Shown: in pieces, positions 1 through 12,101 of the stretch
How the letters are laid out: the number at the start of each line of letters is the position of its first letter
How positions within the stretch are numbered: position 1 is the stretch's first letter
DNA from: Phoronis australis
Taxonomy: Eukaryota > Animalia > Phoronida
Length of the DNA stretch: 64,000 nucleotides
Direction of reading: 5' to 3'
Assembly: GCA_002633005.1 (NCBI GenBank)
Contig: NMRA01000322.1
Location: 434,001 to 498,000 of the forward strand
The notes under the pieces: generated by a model
The model's database searches: none
What the model was told of the DNA's origin: nothing
The model's input: the letters and a program-made list of their open reading frames with translations, nothing else
Made by a program: the position numbers and the translations under genes

Positions 1-751
1 AATTAGGAACCTGGTTTTTTATTTTAATAAAATATATATTTAATAACATCAATTATTCTTGCAGATCAATGACAAATCAACTGTTAGTCCTGATAGTCCC
101 TACTTCACTACCAGGACCTTGGCTATGCTTTATTTTAATATTCTTGATCAACAAATTAAACCAGATGTGACTTGCACATGATAGCAAAGTGCAATGAGAA
201 ACCACAGTCGAATATATCTTCAGCTCTTCAAAAATAGGAGCAGATGACTTGGTTTGTGTAGAAAGCATTTTATGAACAATTTACAAGAACTTTCGTAACA
301 CGATTGCCGCAATTTGGTCATATTTACTTTTCATGTTTTGAATCTAGTTTTAAGAAAAAACTTATCCTTACCCTTTTGCCATACAACTCTTTGGCGCATT
401 GATTTGTTCTCTAATGTATTTTTCTACATCTCTGTGGTTAATTATTGACACATTTATAAGATTTAATATCCAGATTGGACTCAAAAGACCAGTCATTTAA
501 CTCACGCAACGTCAACTTCCGCTTTGTTAATCGAAGTGAGCCTCGCTTTGAATTTTAATGTCTGCCGCATGAATTAGGTCTATAATAAAGACAGTTAGTA
601 GTAAGAAGCATATTTTAGAATCCTCAATCTTCCTCCTTTCAGAAAATATTACTTTTAGTGGTTGACAAAGCATAGTTTTTTCAATATCTGACTTGGAGTA
701 GAGGTCATTTATTAAGGTCCTAGTTAAGGCAATTTAATAAAAATACATCAC

Positions 752-1161
752 CTCAGTCTTATAATCTGTGCAATTTGTGAACAACTCAAACTCGGCATTA
801 CTGACTTCATGAACATCTATGTAGAATCCATCTAGTGTAACTCTTCTGGATGGATTCTCTCCGTCAGCGATAATCTTTGGCTTGTCAGTACCCATAGTAA
901 ATGTTCCACCATGAATATGAACCATCTGATTGGTCCTTGGGTAATTTGACTTGGCATTGCTAGCTGAAACATACTTCTCCCAAGGTTTGTCTAAAGATTT
1001 CTTGCTGTCTGAAGCTGAAGTTACTTCATTGCTCTCAACTTCAACACTGACATCGTCGTCACTAATTTCCGTCTTTTCGGAGCACTGCTGGCCGCCATCT
1101 TCTGAGCATTGTTGGCTCTTGCGATTTGTCGAACAACCACAGGATTCTTGAGACGAAGGGG
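752..1161 (-). CDS. SUMF1: Formylglycine-generating enzyme (sulfatase-modifying factor 1), coding exon 2; gene continues off the left edge
   Basis: Translates ...CGCS...MVHIHGGTFTMGTDKPKIIADGENPSRRVTLDGFYIDVHEVSNAEFELFTNCTDYKTE, the start of the FGE-sulfatase domain (human SUMF1 as recalled: [46 protein letters not shown]). Acceptor ctttgatag| at 1162 (phase 1); donor GAG|gtgatg at 751. Confidence 0.93.
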
Positions 1162-2191
1162 CTATCAAAGAGTAGATAATTAGTTTTATTTATTTTAAAC
1201 ATTTTGAGTGGTTTATAATTGCTAAACTACATCGAGACGTAATAAGTAAGTATTTGTAAAAACATGGGTCAAGTGAGTGCTGAAAGAAAGAAAAATTTTA
1301 GATGACACAAATATTTCACTTAAGGGAATTCTTCACCGATTGAGTTCACAATACGGTGGACTGATCAAATAGTATTTTTTCCAAACTAATAAAGGTTACA
1401 AAAGTTCTAGTCTACTATCAACATGGCTTAAACTCTTCAGATGTCAAAAAGAGACATTTGATAAAGCTTCAATAATTTACAACAATCGGCCTTTGAAACA
1501 TACAAAAATTACAATTTTGTCAAGTATTTTTGTGAGAAATAAGTGAAGAATTAGTGTAATAATGAACACTAAAACATGGGCATCAAGCAGTTCTTAATTC
1601 AGGCTTTGATAACTACAGCCTTGGTACAAAGTTGTATACTAAATATACAGCTTTGCACTGATATGGGTAAAAAGTGGTAAGATAAAATCTGACACAAAAT
1701 TAGTGTCATTAAAAACTACAGTCTTCCTTGCGTAAACTAAATTCTTTAACAGTGTTGGAAAAATGGCGTTCTACCATATGTCCATTATCCTGCTGGTAAA
1801 GTTGTGGAGCGATCTTTAGCGACAGGTTTTGGCGCCATGAAATATTGCTTCACCTCTGGGCCAGTTACTTTTTTCGCCGATTCTTCAATCAACTGTTCTT
1901 CTTTCATGAGGTTGCGTAAACGTCACAACAAATTATCGGAGCTGGTTTCACATCATAACTTTTTAGAGTTTTGATACCGAAAAACTGAATTTCAGAAGAA
2001 ATTTTACTGCTGCCAAGCTGTCATCATCTCCTGAGAGTTGTTGCAAAAATTTAGGAAATGGTGCGTGCCCGTGACACGAGCATACTGTTTTCAAAACGAC
2101 GACATACTTTTCATTGTTAGAAAAAGCGGAGAGTTACGCAAGGGAATGACAAATTATTGCATTGTTTTTCACTTAAATGGCTGTAACGCAC

Positions 2192-2470
2192 CACAGGCGT
2201 CCTCAGCTTCTGATCGTACCCAATACACTATATATAATACTACAAGGTATGACACTCCCGACCAGAAATTCCACGGGTGCTTCACTTCAGCCATCCATAT
2301 CTTCTAATACCATTCAGCATGTCATACTCCAGCAAGATCGCAACAAGTTTGCAATCAAAGCACAAAAATGTTCCCAAAAAGCTCACGCATCGAGCCTCCT
2401 TGGACGGTTCGAGGTCAAGGATGGTACGGCAATTGCCAATTTTTCACGGACTGTCACGACATCGATAACT
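2192..2470 (+). mobile_element. Partial (left arm) copy of the CACAGGCGTCCTCAG-terminal MITE family
   Basis: cacaggcgtcctcagcttctgat...aatacact...actacaaggtatgacactc...aaattccacgggtgcttcacttcagccatccatatc matches the arms of 28023-28688 and 28900-29227. Confidence 0.7.
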
Positions 2471-2978
2471 CTACACTTAGCCAGACCATTTCGGTAAGCC
2501 GGTTAGGGGCTACAATGATTGCTTTCTGTACGCATTTCCTCCCATGTATTTTAAACTGGCAGTAGGCCAAATCTGGCTACCAATTTGGAGTTTTCACCTC
2601 ATCAAAAAACATTCCACACTCTATCATATAAAAATGAGCTGACTTTCTTCAGTGATCCTTTCTGCTTCTACACACGTCTTTGATGCAGCATATCTACTAG
2701 AATTAAGGTGACGTTGGAGAAGAAGTCCAACCCCACTTTTTGGTCACCGTTAACTTTTTCACCGCGTGCGCGATAACCACAAAATATTTCAACCGAGTCA
2801 CGTGAGTTAGCTAGGCTAAGGCTAGCGCGAGACTGAGCGAAGCGCGTGACCTGGCACATGACACTTGCAAAATAGCATGGGAAGATATCAGGTTGAATTT
2901 TGAGTTTTGTGTCCCTTGGACTTTTTGTTCGTTAAAAGGCGTGATTTCTCGTAACTTCCTCAAAATGGCATTTGGTGA

Positions 2979-3096
2979 CATGGGCGCGCACCTTAGGGGG
3001 CTGAAGCCCCCCCACACATGGTCTATAGGTGGTGCACCACAGGGGGGGCTGAGGGGGCTTTAGCCCCCCACTTTTTTCAGTGCTGCGCCACCCATG
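2979..3096. mobile_element. Tiny hAT-like MITE fragments (CATGGG...CCCATG termini)
   Basis: catgggcgcgcacc...gggggctgaagcccccc and ...ggggctttagccccccacttttttcagtgctgcgccacccatg. A related copy lies at ~29122-29190. Confidence 0.5.
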
Positions 3097-3659
3097 TGTG
3101 AGAGGAACTCAAGCGAACGGCTGACAGATTTTCATGGATATGTTCAAGTTATGTTGACTAAATTGTATTCAGAATCATATGGTATGTGTTACTTTAATAA
3201 TTATAACTTCATGCATGTTTTTGTTCGATTTTATGTGTTGTATTTTGAAATGCGTAACATTTTATAGGGACTACAGCCCCTGTATGCCTGCGGCATCCAG
3301 GGTGATGTACTTGCCTATAAAGCTAAGGACGCCTGTCGCCTGTGTAACAGGCAAGGCGAGTGTCAGTTGATTCCCAGATTTTGCATGCACCCCGTCCGGT
3401 CTTGAGCTTTATATGTTGATACAAGTTTCATGGCGATTTGACGAGCAGAACTACCCTGGCTATGTGCAATTTCGGGGTCTACGGAAGAAATACACGCAGT
3501 GGTACCTAGCTGTATTTTGACGACAGTCTTCATACAGCTAGCTGGCTGGCTAACTAAGAATTAAACAACCAAGCATGAACTGTTTTTAAAATTAGACTTG
3601 ATAGTGATATGCCGATTTTTGTGCAATACGTCATGTTTTTAACTGACTCATCAACTCAC

Positions 3660-3759
3660 TGTCACTGATGGTCGTCTCTATTTTCTCACTTTCCTCATTA
3701 CATTTTACACAAACAAACAAGAAAATGCAGAACAAAACTTGTGAACTTCGCTTCATCAT
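3660..3759 (-). CDS. SUMF1: SUMF1 exon 1, copy A (signal peptide)
   Basis: MMKRSSQVLFCIFLFVCVKCNEESEKIETTISD has a basic n-region and hydrophobic core. It ends A|gtgagt in phase 1, matching the phase-1 acceptor of exon 2. SUMF1 is an ER-lumenal protein. Confidence 0.8.
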
Positions 3760-4447
3760 CTTAGTGCGACATCTGGTGGTCATGAGTTGACCAGAGACCT
3801 CTGTGGTGAGTTAGGTTAGGTGGCCATTATAGCGTCACGGACCGTGCCGACTCCTGGCGGGTGTGTGTGCGCCGACGAAGTACGCGAGGTGTTGACTACG
3901 GCCGCGATTTCAGTTTGTCAAATTCAAAATTGTGAAGTGTCTTTGCTTAAAATATTAAAACAAAAAACATGAGCAGTGCCATGGAAAATACACGTAGGCA
4001 AAATCTAGACTCGGTATATCAAGAAAAAACTTGGGCAGAAAAGGTAACAAAATTACCAGAATACATCATAAGCAAGAGTGTGACTCAGTAATCAGAGGTA
4101 AACGGGTGAAAATAGGTGATTGGAGGGTGAGCAGGTACAGAACATGTAGGATTTTGCCCAGGGAGGTCAGGGAAGTAATAAACATAAGACAGACCTGCTG
4201 AAGAAGAGGTTGGAGCAAAAACGGGGGCGGCCCTCAAAGGTTGGAGGGCCGGAAAGCTTTCTTTCCCCAATATTCCAGGTGTTAATATCAATTAATTAAC
4301 AATTAATTATTAAAATTTCAGGGCGCAAACTTTGTTATAAAGTATTACAGAAAATTAACAGACTCTCATCCACCCAACCATCATGTTTCCCGCAGATCTT
4401 TGTTTCGAAACTGAATCCACACCGGCTTACGACATTCTCCATTCAAG

Positions 4448-4610
4448 CAGTGGGGCCTGTGCCCACTTACACGAAACCAGGGGGGCAGGGGGCAGGGCAG
4501 AGTATTAGCCCGTCAGACATTCGCACCCCTGAACTGCCAAATGGAATCTGGGAGAATTTTAGGGGGCCACCCGGCATGGCCGCCTTGGTTCCCCTCTAAA
4601 TCCGCCACTG
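4448..4610 (+). mobile_element. Short hAT-like MITE (CAGTGG/CAGGGG...CCACTG), one of three copies
   Basis: Shares ggcagggcagagtattagcc, ccctgaactgccaaat(ggaat)ctggg.gaattttagggg and taaatccgccact with 36520-36681 and 46252-46417. Confidence 0.6.
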
Positions 4611-4658
4611 GAAACAGTCCCAAATATCGACTCATCACACTCCTCTCACACTCTCATG

Positions 4659-4996
4659 ATAGCAAAATAAACCCTCGGTCGATTCTAATGAAACCAGTTA
4701 CCTCAAAAACTCCGTTAGGAATTTTCGATTAGTCTTTTCGTTTGGTTTCTATGACAAATCAACTCGTAAAAGATAATGTATATTTTTGTAAAAAATTGAA
4801 GTCGTATTCATCTTTGTCACATTACGCAAAAAACTAGGCCTGTATATCAAAAATCCTAAGAGCTTTTGAGAATGATGACTAAATATTAAGTTTGGAAAGT
4901 TTCATCGATGTCCATCAAGCCGTTTTCGACTAGAACTGGTGTTCCTAAGTTCAAATAAAGTCGATTTGCCGAAGCCGAGAAAAAGCCGATTAAACT
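4659..4996 (+). repeat. Interspersed repeat (transposon fragment); second copy at 52288-52654
   Basis: atagcaaaataa..ctcggtcg...ttagtcttttcgtttggtttctatgacaaatcaactcg...gttcctaagttcaaataaagtcgatttgccgaagccgagaaaaag.cgattaaac is present at both loci. Confidence 0.8.
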
Positions 4997-5352
4997 GAGA
5001 CAATAGCGGATTTGCAGCGACGCCATATTGAAATTAGGTTAAAATGGTGCATTGTGGGTGCTGTGGTCAGGATTCCNATGCACCCCGTCCGGTCTTGAGC
5101 TTTATATGTTGATACAAGTTTCATGGCGATTTGACGAGCAGAACTACCCTGGCTGTGTGCAATTTCGGGGTCTACGGAAGAAATACACGCAGTGGTACCT
5201 AGCTGTATTTTGACGACAGTCTTCATACAGCTAGCTGGCTGGCTAAGAATTAGACAAACAACCAAGCATGAACTGTTTTTAAAATTAGACTTGTTAGTGA
5301 TATGCCGATTTTTGTGCACTACGCCATGTTTTTAACTGACTCATCAACTCAC

Positions 5353-5452
5353 TGTCACTGATGGTCGTCTCTATTTTCTCACTTTCCTCGTTACATTTTG
5401 CACAAACAAACAAGAAAATGCAGAACAAAACTTGTGAACTTCGCTTCATCAT
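5353..5452 (-). CDS. SUMF1: SUMF1 exon 1, copy B (probably the second haplotype)
   Basis: Near-identical to 3660-3759 (V-to-A change in FVCAKC) with the same phase-1 gtgagt donor. Lies in a duplicated block that starts right after the single N at 5077. Confidence 0.65.
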
Positions 5453-6270
5453 CTTAGTGCGACATCTGGTGGTCATGAGTTGACCAGAGACCTCTGTGGT
5501 GAGTTAGAGGGCCATTATAGCGTCACGGACCGTGCCGACTCCTAGCGGGCGTGTGTGCGCCAACGAAGCAAAGACGCTCTCTACCGCAACAGGGCACGAT
5601 ATAGGGTATAGTGAAAACGCGCATTTTAAAATGTGTCGATTATTGAGGGTGAAATCGACACATTTCGTTTCGCGACCAAAACCCGCGGAAACTTCCTAAT
5701 CATGCCCGGAGTAACAAAAGTCCGCAAACCTCAGATCTCAGTCCCCGGCGTCCGCTCCGCTCCGCGAAAGAGAACGTACCCGTGCGCCCCCTGTCTTCAA
5801 CTCAGTGCCCAGTACGGACGTGCGCCCCCTGTCTTCCACTCGGGCCAGGCTCCGACCCGACGGTTACCGTGATTCCGCACTCCGGCGCCGATAGTCATAT
5901 ACACATTTCTTTGAACTCGCAAAATTTTTCAACCCAACGTTTCTGAAAGCGACTCAAATGGCCAATAATCGACACATTTCTTGGGACTTTTTGCACATAC
6001 GCAGGGACAGACCGGCCTGCATCGCTCCGGCCTCGGCACCGCAGACCCCGCAAACTGCCGGACTTGACAACGTGGACCGCCGGGACACTACTATAGGACT
6101 GTATCTCGCCGGTCTGACCATCGACCCCCTTGTATGCTTACCTTTGTTATATTTTCAAACGTGGAAACTCTTTCGCTGTGTTTACCGGTTATTAGCTGTG
6201 ATTTTCTCGGAAATAAGAAAATTTTGCTCATTTACACAGGGTACAGACCGGCCTGCACCGCTCTGGCCTC

Positions 6271-6485
6271 CCCTTACAAAAATGAACTTAAGTTTTTCGC
6301 TGAAAACTTAAGTTTTTGGCGAAAAAACTTAAGTTTTTGGAAAAACTTAAGTTTTAGAGGAAAAACTTAAGTTCTTCCGAAAAACTTAAGTTTTTAAAAC
6401 TTAAGTTTTCGTGAATGAAAACTTAAGTTTTTCAGACCAAAAACTTAAGTGTTTGGATGAAAACTTAAGTTCATTTTTGTAAGGG
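6271..6485. mobile_element. Foldback MITE with CCC termini, filled with ~10 palindromic AACTTAAGTT units (EnSpm/CACTA-like)
   Basis: TIR CCCTTACAAAAATGAACTTAAGTTTT...AAAACTTAAGTTCATTTTTGTAAGGG; the palindrome recurs about every 15-22 bp. No TSD match. Confidence 0.75.
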
Positions 6486-6489
6486 TAAG

Positions 6490-7136
6490 GCTGTTGCAAC
6501 CCCTACAAATGTCCAGGAACTAAGACGCTACTTAGGGATGTAGAACCATTATGGGAAATATCTTCCAAATCTGTCTACATTGCTCCAGCCACTGTACAGG
6601 CTGTTGAAAGCTGATGTTCTTTGGTCTGAACAATGTGAGATTGCATTTTTGAAGTCTAAAGACTTATTGTCTAGTGACTTGTTATTAGTTCACTATGATT
6701 CCTCTAAGCCCATCATTTTGGCATGTGATGCGAGCCCCTATGGGCTGGGCTGTGTGCTATCGCATCAACTTCCTGACGGTACTGACAAGCCTATAGCTTA
6801 TGGTAGTAGAACCTTGACTAAGGCAGAACAGAATTATGCCCATGGTGCTCCTGATCCAAGAAGGTCAGAGACAAATCAAACCTCCTGACCGCCATGGTTG
6901 GTGAAACTGATTGTATATAGTGTTAGGTTACAAGTTCATATGGTTTTACTTAGTTTTGTAAACAATAACATTTTGACTAGAGTATTTTATTATGAGGGGA
7001 AGAGTGTGGGATATTGCCATTCACATATGTATACACCGTAAGGTGGCGACACCTATTAGAGGAGAATAAAGTTAGTTGTTAGCTCAATGAAGTCTTGCTT
7101 CTTTGTTCTCCGACTTCGGTCGTTAAATACATCACA
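6490..7136 (+). mobile_element. Internally deleted Ty3/Gypsy (Mag-like) LTR retrotransposon remnant with PPT and 3' LTR
   Basis: ELRRYLGM*NHYGKYLPNLSTLLQPLYRLL...W...AFLKSK...LLVHYD...ILACDASPYGLGCVLSH...PIAYGSRTLTKAEQNYA is the RT connection/RNase H start. It jumps to a pol C-terminal RRS/RQIKPPDR motif. PPT gaggggaagag at 6994-7004; short LTR TGTG...CACA at 7005-7136 with AATAAA at 7065. Confidence 0.88.
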
Positions 7137-7242
7137 CTCTATTCATGCATTCGCCGTTTTTACGAGGTGCTCATTTGCGGCAGCCGATCTACCCTCTCGC
7201 TGGTTCCCTGCGTGCTTAGCCCAGCCAGTATCACCTGACAGC

Positions 7243-7362
7243 TCGTGGATTTTGTAGAATTATCACCCTCGGGGCTTACGCCTCTCGGGCGATAATTCTC
7301 CAAAATCCACTCGGGCTCTAGATAACGGGGGATAACAACTTCGCCATGTAATAATCTATATT
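7243..7362. repeat. Long hairpin plus aataatctata end; probable terminus of a non-autonomous DNA element (Crypton-like, tentative)
   Basis: gtggattttg.agaattatc.ccc pairs with gggcgataattct.caaaatccac around a ggcttacgcc loop. Confidence 0.4.
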
Positions 7363-8329
7363 TATGTAATAAAATTCTAAGTTAAGGGCTAAAATGAGCC
7401 ATCAGTGGAATAAAGTTACAAATAATCATTAAAATACTAGCTTTTACACTCTCAATTAGTTGAGTTTTGGATTAGAATTATTGAATTTGAAATATAGGTG
7501 CTTGCTCAAACTCTGAAGTTTCAGCTACGACAGGCGTACAACTGAAATCCGCCATGTTTACTATTTCAGGTCCTTGAATTCAGAGTTTTGAGATTGTTTT
7601 GGAAATTCCATCGCCAATTCACCACTCACGAAAACAGTTAATGGGATCTAGGAAAGATAAGGCTTCGAAGGTTTATGCAACACAAGACTGAGGGAGGTGC
7701 ACGCAGATTTTATTTGGATTTTGGACGGTTGAAGTTGGGAGCCTCGGCTTGGCAAAGTTTAAGTGTCCACTGAACCTTTATGTTTTCTTATATATATATT
7801 ATTGAGTGATGTCATTTGCGATAAACCCAAGCGCCTGTGATTTTCTGGTCCAAATTATGTCATAATAGTGGCAAACACGTTATCGCTGTCATTCGTATAA
7901 GAGACGGTCATTTGTGTGATTTGATCCGAACTGCAGTGCATCGGGATGACTGATGTCAAACACGATAAAAGTTGAATATATTATTTGTTTTGTGAGTTTT
8001 GTTTAGGATATTGTTTGATATGAGAGAAAATATATTTTGTCTTGTCCTTGGTAGTTATTTCCTGTATCTATTTTGGTGTTCAGTGATTTCGCCATGTTCC
8101 TCTCTGGGTATCCTGGAAAGAAAAGCTTCACGATGTACTAATCTGTATTTACACTTTGTAGTTCTATTTGTGTGTTATTCATTTTTTTCTATGTTTCAGG
8201 TTTTGTGGGCAGATCTGTCGTGAAGTGAAAATTTACTCGTGGACGTGACAGTGTTTGATATGCAGACCAACATGATAAAGGTCAACTTTGGGTTCACTGA
8301 GGTTAAAGGTGCGTAAAGACGAAGTTTTA

Positions 8330-8524
8330 GGGAAACCTGAACATGACCGCCGGGGATTGAAACTGCATATTGTCCGGCGGTCATGTTCAGTACCCGGCGG
8401 TCCTGTTTTGTGGTGAGGCGGTCATGTTTTTAGGTGCGTCAGTCCCATTTGATCCCCAGAGGTCCTGTTTTGGGTGAGTCAGTCCGATTTAGAGGACCGG
8501 CGGTCATGTTGTTTCTCACCCGTG
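8330..8524 (-). mobile_element. Single end of a CAC-terminal DNA transposon with subterminal GCGGTCATG repeats
   Basis: Reverse complement begins CACGGGTGAGAAACAACATGACCGCCGG. gcggtc(a/c)tgtt is repeated at ~8377, 8397, 8418 and 8500. Partner end not found. Confidence 0.4.
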
Positions 8525-11500
8525 TTATCTAAGCCCAGAAACCACTTCTCATTTCAATGCCCTCACATATTTATGTGTGTGCATTATTGGTGTCATTTCT
8601 GTCTAGGCGCCTGGAATCTGTGGCTTCATCCCCTAAACTCCTTGAAAGATCTTAAAACTCTGCCTTTCCATTTTAGGCAACCTAGTGGCCATTTTTATTA
8701 TTACAAGTTAAGTTTTTAGCGTGTACTTCTTTATCCGCCAAACTGTTCGAAGGATCGTGAGGAATCGTAGCAAGTTGCGTTTCTGATGAAAAACCATGGC
8801 TGACATTGGTTTAACTTGTAATCGTAATAAACTGATATTAAGGTTACGTAGAATGTTAGAAAAATGTTCAAATTTAACCAACTAAAGAACTTCATATCGC
8901 AGAGATAAGTGATAAGATTCAAATGATTAACTTTCACACAAAATGCTTTATGCAGTTTTCCAAAACACAGTTGGAAATTGTTTTTAAATGTTCCACGTTT
9001 GTATGACGGGCTGTCAAAAATTTCATTTTAATGAACAATTAAAAAGTTGCGTAAAACAAAAACCTTTAAAAAGCTATGCAACAACATTTTTAAGATTTCA
9101 TCTTGAATATTTATATTTAAGAAAAATGTTGTTGTTAATGCAGTGGTCTTGCAATTGGTGTACCTTCCTTTCTGGTGAATTTTACTGAAAAGACAAAGTC
9201 ACATGTCCCAAATAATTCCAGATCAATAAAAAGTTAAAATCGAATGCAAACCTTGGCAGTTTTCTCTACAACAGAAAATTCAAACTCGACTTGAATTTAA
9301 AAACTCGTGTACATGTATTCAAAAGTCAATGTCTATACTGTGAGGAGTTAGTTTGTTAAGTCTTGAAATAAATGTATTGAGCTGGTATTAAAAGTCCAAA
9401 ATTTCCCAATTAATCTCCCAATATTTCAAACTCGTTGCATAGGTTTTTTAACTCGACGCAAGTGAGTCGAACTCGTCATGGCAAAATTCAAACTCAGTGC
9501 AGTGACTAGTCAAAACAGGTAGTGGAGAACACAGACTATAGCTACCCTTCAGAACATCATGTCTCAGAAATGACTCATTGGATTCATTCATGTGGCATAA
9601 TTTATGCGCTGTTCTCCAAGATGCTGCTAGGACTTGTTTTTGAAATTCTCGACTTTTGGATGAGGAGCTATCGAAAAATCGCTTGTATGGTTTTTATGAA
9701 AAAGTAAAAAAATGGACAAAATGGCATTAATCAAAAACGAAATAATTTAGAAAACTGTTACAGCGTTTTTGAGATCTTGTACATTCATACTAAACAAAAT
9801 CTGGTCTTGTTATTGATACCATTGTTTTGCTATGTATATACTTTTTTTGCTAAATTTCACTAAAAATACAAGATGAGTAACAGATTGGTATGAAGTCCAA
9901 ATTCAAATTGTACAAACTTTTTACTTTTGGAAAATGTATACTTTTCCACACTGAAAATCGGTAGTTGATGCTTAACTTTAATTAGCACTGTTGAACAAAT
10001 TGACCTTCTTGGTTCATGAACCTGTATCATTAACTTCTGGCAGGTCGACGTCAAAGGAACTCCAAAAGTGGATGAAGCAATATACCACCAGCCGAGTCAC
10101 TCATTGCTGGACCTGTGGACGTTGACTGCTGAGACTTAGCTGCCCAATCGTGGTACTCCACTTTGACACCAAGTGCTGCGGATGTTTTGGATGTCAGTGT
10201 GTCCTATTGAGCTCGATTGTGAACACACGTAGGACAACACTCGTCACAAATGGCAATGTGAAAATGCACGAAGAACTTATTTGTGTGATGCCATAATTGG
10301 CTCTGAATGCAGAACACAACACATCGAGTGAATAGGTCAAAGAAGCAACGAAATACCTGTATTAAATTGTAAAGGCTGTGGCTAGTAAGGTTTGAATGAC
10401 AGACTTGGTGTGCAGTCTTCAATGGACTATTGGATGTATGCTCAAAATTCAGTGATCAGCCTATGAATTCACATGTCTTGTCTGTAGTCATGTTTTTCAC
10501 ACATGAAAAACATGTAAAATGGAAGTAGTTCTTATGCACATGCACGTAAAATTGTTCGATGATAATGATAAGAAAACTCTGGTTATGTGATTGCTATCAC
10601 AAATTAATGCTTTCAGTAACACTAACCCCTTTCTCAGGAGTCTCATATATTTTTCTTGACCCACAGAGACACATTTTGGTGAAGACCATCTCTACTGTCC
10701 AGATGGGGCCCAGTCTGGCCTCCACAACAAAATAGATTCTAATAAATTCCATTTTATGTTTTAAATGTATTCAGTGGTATGTAATTTCTATTTTTATGTC
10801 CACTTTTAGTGTTTATTTTACACAACTCATTTCTAGTTTTATACCCAACACACCTCAGTATCTCATTGGTCAGTTATTTCTCCTTTGTTCAGTAATGCAC
10901 GTTCTAGCTCAATCAGCCATCTACCTTGTCCCTTTCAAAACCTNAAGGCTTGGAATGGACAATTACAAAGAAAAATTTTGAGGTGATGTACCATTCCAAA
11001 CAGGCTTGTGTGAGAGAAATGTGTTGTAACATTTTACTGAAATGAACACTTTTGCACAAATAAAGTCAAAATAATGGTAAAAAGAGGAGACTGGAAATCA
11101 GAAAAAAAGGAAATCGAAACCAAGAAAGTGGAAATCCTTGTAAGAGGAAAATTGTATGAACATGTGAGTAGAAGGCACGGAAAAACAAAAGGTATAGAAA
11201 ACCTCCACAAAATGGCTGATGCACCAACTCCAAATGTGTGGCAAACTAACTGGATTGGTGTTATGTCGACCTTTTCAGTTATTGCTACTTGTGGGTGGCA
11301 ACACACTGGAGTCCTAGGCTTCCACGTGTTCAATGCCACATGGTGTTCTGTGTTTAGTTACAGTAACTGTACATTATCTTGCCAACTTTGTTTTGATAAT
11401 GAATTCTAATAAATTCAAAAGAAGAGTCCAAGGCAAATTTTGAGAAATGTGATTCATGAACAAAGTACAAGGCACTTCACAGTTTGCTCAGCAAGTATTT

Positions 11501-12011
11501 AAGTCATTTAAATCTTTAGATATTAACAAATAATTTAATAGCTTTTTCTCCGACCACACACACTATAACAAAGTCACAAAACCTGCTTTAATGTTCTGTT
11601 TAATGGAATACATCGCACCAAACCGTTTTTGTGTCAGATTTCATTTATCTGAGGTTTACCCAGACCATTCCAAAGCTGCACATTTAAAAAGCTTTGTACC
11701 AGGGCTACTGGTGACGCAACCATCTTCATGTGAAATCGCTCCAACCATCTTTGAAACTGTGCCAGTTGTTCCGGGGCCAGTTTCGTGAAGAATTTGTAAC
11801 CAAGACTTTTTGTCTTTTTACTTTGGCTTTCAGGCAGTTCCGAGCAGGCTATGGATTTCTACCTTGGCTATGAATAGTAGACAGATTTTAGGAATTTTAA
11901 CCTTAGCCTGGTTTCTTGAAATAATACAAGGTACCCGCAGACTGGTTTTTAAATAAAAGACAAAATAATCCTCCAGAAATAGCCCACTTCAGAGCTTACA
12001 TATCACTGCTA

Positions 12012-12101
12012 CTAGGTCTTGTCTTTGCGTACCCGCTCAGCCACGGCGGCTACAAATGCTGCTCCACGCCCACTGCCATCTTCAGCCAAGATTAAAGTAC
12101 A
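12012..12101 (-). CDS. HK: Hexokinase exon 11 (last, with stop)
   Basis: ttttcag|CTLILAEDGSGRGAAFVAAVAERVRKDKT* contains the canonical EDGSGxGAA motif. Confidence 0.95.
   Translation of the reverse strand, partial: CTLILAEDGSGRGAAFVAAVAERVRKDKT

Noticed and set aside
6271-6485. Regularly spaced palindromic repeats resembling a CRISPR array
   Set aside because: Spacers are only a few bases long, the array is bounded by TIRs, the context is eukaryotic and no cas genes are present.
7570-8280. Two plus-strand exon-like segments (~7570-7670 and ~8200-8280)
   Set aside because: No recognisable protein and weak donors; they lie among transposon fragments.
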